A stretch of 64,000 nucleotides of DNA from Mobula hypostoma (taxonomy: Eukaryota): NCBI RefSeq assembly GCF_963921235.1, contig NC_086108.1, positions 91,390,001 through 91,454,000 on the forward strand. The letters run 5' to 3'. The position numbers and the translations under genes were made by a program. A model generated the notes under the pieces. It saw nothing but the letters and a program-made list of their open reading frames with translations. It was not told the DNA's origin and ran no database searches. This document shows, piece after piece, positions 57,000 to 64,000 of the stretch (its first letter is position 1; the number at the start of each line of letters is the position of its first letter).

Positions 57000-59900
57000 A
57001 GGCACAGAAAATGCCAATAAAAAGCAGTAAGGTGTAAGCAGAGCAGCCATTGTTAAATGTGGTCAGACATTGGCTCAACAGGGCTTAGGTGGGAACAAGA
57101 GGAGACGCTACAGAAGTTTCTTATCAGCTTTATTGTTCTCTTTCTTCGTTTATAAGTACATAGCTAGCACAGTGAGAATGGATCCAGGGTTAGTGGTGTG
57201 TTCTTCGTGTGAGATGTGGTAACCCTGGAAGGCCCTCGGTCTTCCTGAGAACTATATCTGCATGAAGCGCATCGAGACTGTGATAGGGAACTGATGTTCG
57301 ATAATCTTTGGCTCACAAAGGATAATGAGGAGGAGATACATAGGAGTGACAGGGAGGTTGTCACCCCTAAGTTATAGGAGGCAGGTACCTGGGTGACTAT
57401 CAGGAGAGGGAAAGGGAATAGGCAGCCAATAATAGAGTAGCCTTTCATCTCAGTAATAAGTATACCGCTCTGGATATCGTTGTAGGGGTGGATGGTGGAA
57501 GCTGCAGTGAGGGGTCTCTGACACTAAGTCCGGCTCTGTGGCTTGGGGTGGGGGGGGGGTGGTTGCAGCAGAAGAGATTCTGTGTACCTGTAACAGACAC
57601 CCTGACGGTATGTTGCTCCCAGGTGCCAGGGTCAAGGATGACTCGAATCAGATCTGCAATCATTCTAAAGGGGGAAAGTGAGCAGGTGAAAGGCGTGGTA
57701 TATATATGTACCAATGCCATAGGTAGGAAAAGGGAGGAGGTCTGGAAAAGAGAATAGAGGGAGTTAGATAGAAAGCTGAAAAGCAGGACCTCCAGAGAAG
57801 GATTACTACTTATGTTACACATCAGTGGCAGATGAATGAGTGGCTGAGGATTTGCTGCAGGGGGCAGGGTATCAGATTTTTGGATCATTGGGAGCACTTC
57901 TGGGGAAGATATGACCTGTACAAAAAGAACAGGTTACACATGAACTTGAATGGTACAAATACCCTAATTTGATGGGGGTGGGGGTGGGGGGGATATGGTT
58001 CGAACCTGACTGATAGGGCTGAGGATGGGCAGTAGGTATACAAGTAAATGCAGTGTGTAATGAGACTGTGAGGATGGACAGGCAGGTGACTGGGCAAAAT
58101 TGCAGTCAGTGGGATGAGTTGAAGTGTTATGCAGGTGCAAAATCAAGAAGGGTGATAAATATAGAAACATAGAAACATAGAAAACATACAGCACAATACA
58201 GGCTCTTTGGCCCACAAAGCTGTGCCGAACATGTCCCTACTTTAGAACTACCTAGGCTTTACGCATATCCGTCTATTTTCCTAAGCTCCATGTAGCCATC
58301 CAAGAGTCTCTTAAAAGATTCTATCATTTCCGCCTCCACCACCGTCGCCGGCAGCCCATTCCATGCACTCACCACTCTCTGAGTAAAAAACTTACCCCTG
58401 ACATCTCCTCTGTACCTATTTCCAAGTACCTTAAAACTATGCCCTCTCATGCTAGCCATTTCAGCCCTGGGGAAAAGCCTCTGATTATCCACACGATCAA
58501 TGCCTCTGATTATCTTGCACACCTTTATCAAGTCACCTCTCATCCTCTGTCACTCCAAGGTGAAAAGTCTGAGTTCACTCAACCTATTCTCATAAGGCAT
58601 GCTCCCCAATCCAGGTAACATCCTTGTAATTCTCCTCTGCACCCTTTCTATTGTTTCCACGTCCTCCTATAGTTAGGCAACCAGAATTGAGCACAGTACT
58701 CCAAGTCGGGTCTGACCACGGTCCTATATAGCTGCAACATTACCTCTCGGCTCTTAAACTCAATCCCATGATTGATGAAGGCCAATGCACTGTATGCCTT
58801 CTTAACCACAGAGTCAACCTGCGTAGCAGCTTTGAGTGTCCTATGGACTTGGACCCCAAGATCCTTCTGATCCTCCACACTGCCAAGAGTCTTACTATTA
58901 ATACTATATTCTGCCATCATATTTGACCTACCAAATATAGAACTGAAGGTGGTATTTTTGAATGCATGCAGTATACAGAATAAGGTAGATGATCCTGTCG
59001 CGTAATAGAGATTGGCAGATATGATATTGTGGGCATCACTGAGTCATGATTGAAAGAAGATCATAGTTTGGTGTTTAACATCCAAGGATACACATTGTAT
59101 CATAAGGACTGGCAGGTAGGTAGAGCAGGTGGTGTGGCTCTGTTGGTAAAAATTGAAATTGAATCCTTAGAAAGAGGTGACCTGGGATAGGCTTATGTAG
59201 AATTCTTGTGGGTAGAATTAAGAAACGGCAAGGATAAAAAGGCCCCGATGGGAGTTATATACAGGCCTCCAAACAGTAGCCAGGATGTGGGATACAAGTT
59301 ACAATGGGAGATAGAAGAGGCATGTAAAAAGGGAAATGTTATGATAGTCATGTGGGATTTTAATATTCGGGTAGATAGGGAAAATCATTTTGGTGCTGGA
59401 TGAAAAGGGAGGGAATTTGTAGAATGCCCATGAGATAGCTTTTTAGAGCAGCTTGTGGTTGAGCCCGGTAGGGGAAGGCAATACTGTTTGGGTGTGGTGT
59501 AATGAACCAGATTTGATTAGGGACAATAAGATAAAGGAACCCTTAGGAGGCAGTGATCATAGGATGATAGAATTCACCCTGCAGTGTAAGTGGGACAAGA
59601 TAAAGTCAGATGTATCAGTAATACAGTAGAGTAAATATAATTTAAAAAGAGCTGGCCAAAGTTGATTGAAAGGGATACTAGCAGAGATGCTGGCAAAACA
59701 ACAATGGCTGAAGATTTTGGGAGCAAGGTGAAGATGGGAGGATGAAGCAATCATGGCTGACATATATAACAAAAATTAATGGGAAGTTACAAGATGGGGA
59801 AACTTCTAAAAACCAACAGAAAGCAACTAAAAAGCCATAAGGAGGGAAAAGATGAAAAAATGAAGGTAAACTAGCCAATAAAACAAAAGAGGATACCAAA

Positions 59901-61510
59901 AGTTGTTTGAAACATATAAGGAGTAAAGGAGGGGCAAGTGTGGATATCAGACTGGTGCTAATGACACCAGAGAGGTAGTAATGGGGTACAGAGAAATGGC
60001 AGGTGAACTTAATAAATATTTTATGCCAGCCTTCACTGTGGAAGACACTAGAAATATGTCAAACATTTGAGCATGGCGGGGGCAGAAGTGAGTGTAGTTG
60101 CTATTACAATGGAAAAGGTGCTTGGGAAGCTAAAAGTTCTGAGTACTAGATGGACTACCCTAACCTGGGATTCTGAAAGAGGTAGCTGAAGAGATTGTGG
60201 AGGCATTAGTAATTATCTTTCAAGAATCACTAGATTCTGGAATAGTTCTAGAGGCCTGCAAAATTGCAAATGTCACTCTACTCTTTAGGAAGGAGTGAAG
60301 CAGAAAATAGGATATTATAGGCCAGTTGCTTGACAAGGTGTTGAGTCCATTCTAAGGATGAGGTTTCAGGATGCTTGGAGACACATGATAGCTAGCAAGA
60401 TTTCTCTAAGGGGAAATCTAGGCTGGCAAATCTACCAGAGTTCTTTGAGGAAATAACAGGCAGGAAAGACAAAGGAGGGTCAATGGATGTTGGATTTTCG
60501 TAAGGCCTTTAACAAGGTGATGGGCGTGAGGCTGCTTAACAAGATAAGAGCCCATGATATAACAGGAAAGGTACCAGCATAGATTGGAGATTGGCTGACT
60601 GGCAGGAGACAAAGGATGGAAATAAATGGGTCTTTTCTGGTTGACTGCAGGTGACTGGTCATGATTCGCAGGGGGATGGAATTGATAGGTTCGTAGCCAC
60701 ATTTGCAGATGGTACAAAGATAGGTGGAGGGTCTGGTAGTGTTCAGGAAGCAGGGAGACTGCAGAAGAACCTATTCAGATTTGAAAGATGGGCAAAGCAT
60801 GGCTGATGGTGTATCATGTAGAGAGATGTATGGTCATGCACATTGGTAGAATGAATGTAGACACAGACTATTTTCTAAATAGGAAGAAAATTCTAAAATC
60901 AGAGGTTGAAAGGGACTTGGTAGTTCTCATGCAGGACCCCCTAAAGGTAAACTTGCAGGTTGAGTTGGAATAAAAAAAAGCAAGGATGCAAAGCTGAGGC
61001 TTTATAAGACCACATTTGGAGTATTACGAGCAGTTTTGGACCTTCATCTAAGAAAGGATATGCTGGCATTGGAAAGGGTCAAGAGGAAGTTCACAAGACT
61101 GATACTGGGAATGAAATTGTTAATGTATGAGGAGCATTTGATGGCTCAAGGCCTGTAGTTGCTGCTGTTTAGAAGAATGAGGGGGGATCTCATTGAAACC
61201 TATCAGATATTGAAATGTGTAGATGCAGTGGATTTGGAAAGGATGTTTACTATAGTGGGAGAGTCTAGGGCCAGAGTGCACAGCCTCAGAATAGAGGGAC
61301 AGCCATTTAGAACAGAGGAGAGGAAGAATATTTGGAATTCATTGCCACAGATGGCTGTGGAAGCTAAATATATTTAAAACAGAGGTTGATAGTTTCTTGA
61401 TTAGTCAGGGTATCAAAGGTTATAGGGAGAAGACAACAGAATGGGGTTGAGAAGGATGATAAATCAGCCATAATGGAATGGCTAATTCTGCTCCTATGTC
61501 TTAAGGTTGT
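57000..61510 (+). mobile_element. Near full-length decayed CR1 (ORF1 zinc-finger/esterase-like region, ORF2 EN and RT, 3' UTR)
   Basis: VVCSSCEMW; VCCSQVPG...ILKGESEQVKGVVYICTNAIGRKREEV; MGVIYRPPNS; RGDLIETYQIL; tail CTCCTATGTCTTA. Confidence 0.9.
58167..58932 (-). mobile_element. CR1 (other subfamily) 3' fragment with 10-bp TSD
   Basis: QKDLGVQVHRTLK...VRPDLEYCAQFW...RGDLIKV; AAATATAGAA at 58157-58166 and 58933-58942. Confidence 0.93.
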
Positions 61511-61519
61511 ATATTCTTA

Positions 61520-61745
61520 TAGAGGTGTATAAATTCATGAGGAGTATAGGTAAATCAAACTCTCACAGTCTTTTCCTCAGTTACAACACTCAAAGTCATT
61601 TATACAAGGACATGCATAGGATGACTTTAGAAGGATATGGGCTGAGCATGGGCAAATAAGATCAACTTGCTGGGCACCATGGTTGACATGGGTGAATTGG
61701 GCCAAAGGGTCTGTTCCCAAACTGTATTAGTCTATGACTCTATTT
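61520..61745 (+). mobile_element. CR1 3' end fragment
   Basis: ATAGAGGTGTATAAATTCATGAGG...GGGCCAAAGGGTCTGTT...CTATGACTCTAT. Confidence 0.75.
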
Positions 61746-63124
61746 ATGGGACATCACAATTTAAAAGCTGACAGCAAATAGAAGAGAGTGAGTAGAATTT
61801 CTCCTGCAATAGTTTATAATTGTTAGCATCTGAAATTTTCAAGTTATGGTTACTGACCTTTATTTCCTTGGGATCTATGAAAATGGTTGGAAATTTATTG
61901 TCACATAAATGCAAGAGGCTGCTGGGAACTTGTTCATTTCAATAATCAATCATTTCTTATGACAATTATTTTTGGGGGGATGAATGATATAATAAATGAA
62001 TATCAGAAAAATACATGATTCATAATGAATTATGTTTCTCATAATAGATCATTAGCAATTGTACCAAAGTTTGTGCAGGTGTATAACAGATTATAAAATA
62101 TTAAAATTAATTTGACATCCAATGTATGGGTAAGTACATACAGTAATGAATATTTCAGCAATTTTCCTATATTGTGTTACATAAAAGACCTAAAATTTAA
62201 AAAAAAATTAAATTAAAAGTTTTTGTATGAACTGCAATCCATTGAAGATTATAACTCATCTGAAAGTCTGCCCTTTTGTGTCACATCATTTATCTTTTTG
62301 ATTGTTGTGCTCAAATAGTGTTTTTGATCTTAGCTCTCACTGGGTCATTGATTTACTTTGCAGGTGATAGTTCATCATAAAAACAAGTATGTTTGACATA
62401 AAGTGGTTCTATCTCATATTTGACATCCTGTAAATCAAGTCCTATGTTTTGGGAAGTTTATATCCCCTGCTTAATTGAAGTATGAAGCTATTGTTGCTAC
62501 AATATCAAATTAATCAAAGAGTTGCATGCGAATACTTCTTGATTAGATTAGAGAGCAATGAACATGTAAAAGCTATGCACAAACATGATCTTGAAACCTA
62601 CAGACTTAAAAGTAGTAGTTCGACAAAGCATGAGAAATCTTTTGATTAATAACTAACCCTTAAAAGGTAATTCGGTAGCAAAGAACAGGAGGCTGAATAC
62701 ACTTCAATGTGGCTAAATTTGGGTGAATTTCTAGAGATTTCCATAATACAAAGCAAAGATTTTATCACAAAAAATAACATGCTCATTATGTGATTTTTTT
62801 TTTGTGTTATTTGTTGGTGAATGTCTAAGGCTGTATAAATCTTACAGAGAAATTTGGTTTACTTGTACAACCCTATAATAAATACATCAAGTCGATTACG
62901 ACTAGCCATATAACTACAAGAAAGCAGAATTAAATGTGCAAGTGTACATATTTCTGAGTGCAATGAACAAACAGTCTTCTATTTATCCTGGAAAGAAAAT
63001 ATGAATTGGAAAAAAAATCACCAGAGCTTTAGCAAGACAGAACATCAGTTGCTAGAATTGCTGGAGCATCTTCATCATGACAAAGTATAATTTTTCCACA
63101 TGTTCCTTTTCCCCACAATAAAGG

Positions 63125-63556
63125 TAAAGATCATCTTATTTGTCAAATGTACATTGCGATATCGAAACAGACAGTGAAATGAGTCATTTGCAGCAATGAC
63201 CAACACAGTCATAGATGTGCTATGGGTGGCCCGCAGGTGTCATTATGCTACTGGCGCCAACATAGCATGCCAAGAACTTACGAATCCTAACTTGGAATGT
63301 GGGAGGAAAATGGAGCACCCAGAGATGACCAACACAGTCCCAGATGTGCTGGGGACAGCACGCAAGTGTTGTCATAACTTACTAACACTAACCCAAGCGT
63401 CTTTGGAATGTAGGAGGAAACAGGAGCACCTGGAGGAAACCCATGTAGTTACAAGGAGAAAGTACAAAGTCCTTACAGACAGCAGTGTGAATTGAACCCC
63501 AAACTTATAGCAGGTACTATAAACCATTCTGCTAATCTCTACACTGCCGTGTCAGC
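63125..63556 (-). mobile_element. V-SINE with Rex1-like tail and internal duplication
   Basis: ATGACCAACACAGTC..AGATGTGCT occurs at about 63196 and 63324; same tail as 8722-9020. Confidence 0.78.
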
Positions 63557-63691
63557 CTAATGTAATTGTGTTAGACTTATGAGACATCTATCCTTCTTAT
63601 AGTTGTCTCTTACTGTGCTTTTTCTAAAATAGAAACATGAATACAGCAAATTATGAATTCATAACAGTAACATAATAATTAGGAATTATGC

Positions 63692-63728
63692 TGAGCTCCT
63701 AGATTGAGCTCCTAGATTAAGCTCCTAG
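63692..63728. repeat. 13-bp tandem repeat, about 3 copies
   Basis: TGAGCTCCTAGAT TGAGCTCCTAGAT TAAGCTCCTAG. Confidence 0.9.
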
Positions 63729-64000
63729 TCAAACCTTGTCAGTCTCAGTTATATTTTTGGCTGCTGCCAGGATACCAGTTATTGACCTGCTTAGTAAACT
63801 ATGTCTGGACTGCTGCTGAACAGTGAGAGAACAGAATCCTTTTTGATTACAGTATATCTCAAGGATGAAATGCAATGTCTTTCTGGTTAGTGCCATCTAC
63901 CCTATAGGGTAACTTAGATTCCCAGCAATGTCTCTCCACCTGCTGCTGCCTTGCTTGGTAGAACAAAATGTAGTCAGTTCCCTTTGAACAGATGGAGCAA

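Overview
AT-rich, repeat-dense vertebrate genomic DNA with no confidently identifiable host gene, RNA gene or CRISPR array. The repeat set suggests a cartilaginous fish (shark or ray; inference): many CR1-clade LINEs, Rex1/Babar and RTE LINE remnants, V-domain and CORE SINEs, Tc1, pogo/Tigger and hAT DNA transposons, and two Ty3/Gypsy relics, one of Gmr1 type. Almost all ORFs in the supplied track are broken TE ORFs or their antisense shadows. Most notable: (1) a multicopy Penelope-like (PLE) family with 9-14 bp target-site duplications, inverted 5' ends and a minimal type I hammerhead ribozyme, one copy with an intact core at 56048-56085; (2) two RTE-derived non-autonomous elements whose 5' ends can fold into an HDV-topology pseudoknot; (3) a 40-bp inverted templated insertion copied from 2.2 kb away into a Tc1 terminal repeat; (4) a hAT-like element with a 6-bp TSD, an inverted duplication of its zinc-finger exon and a nested mini-copy of itself; (5) a twin-priming-like 5'-inverted CR1 and deep TE nesting. 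Family names come from recognising motifs by eye, not from database searches; ends without a TSD or TIR are approximate.
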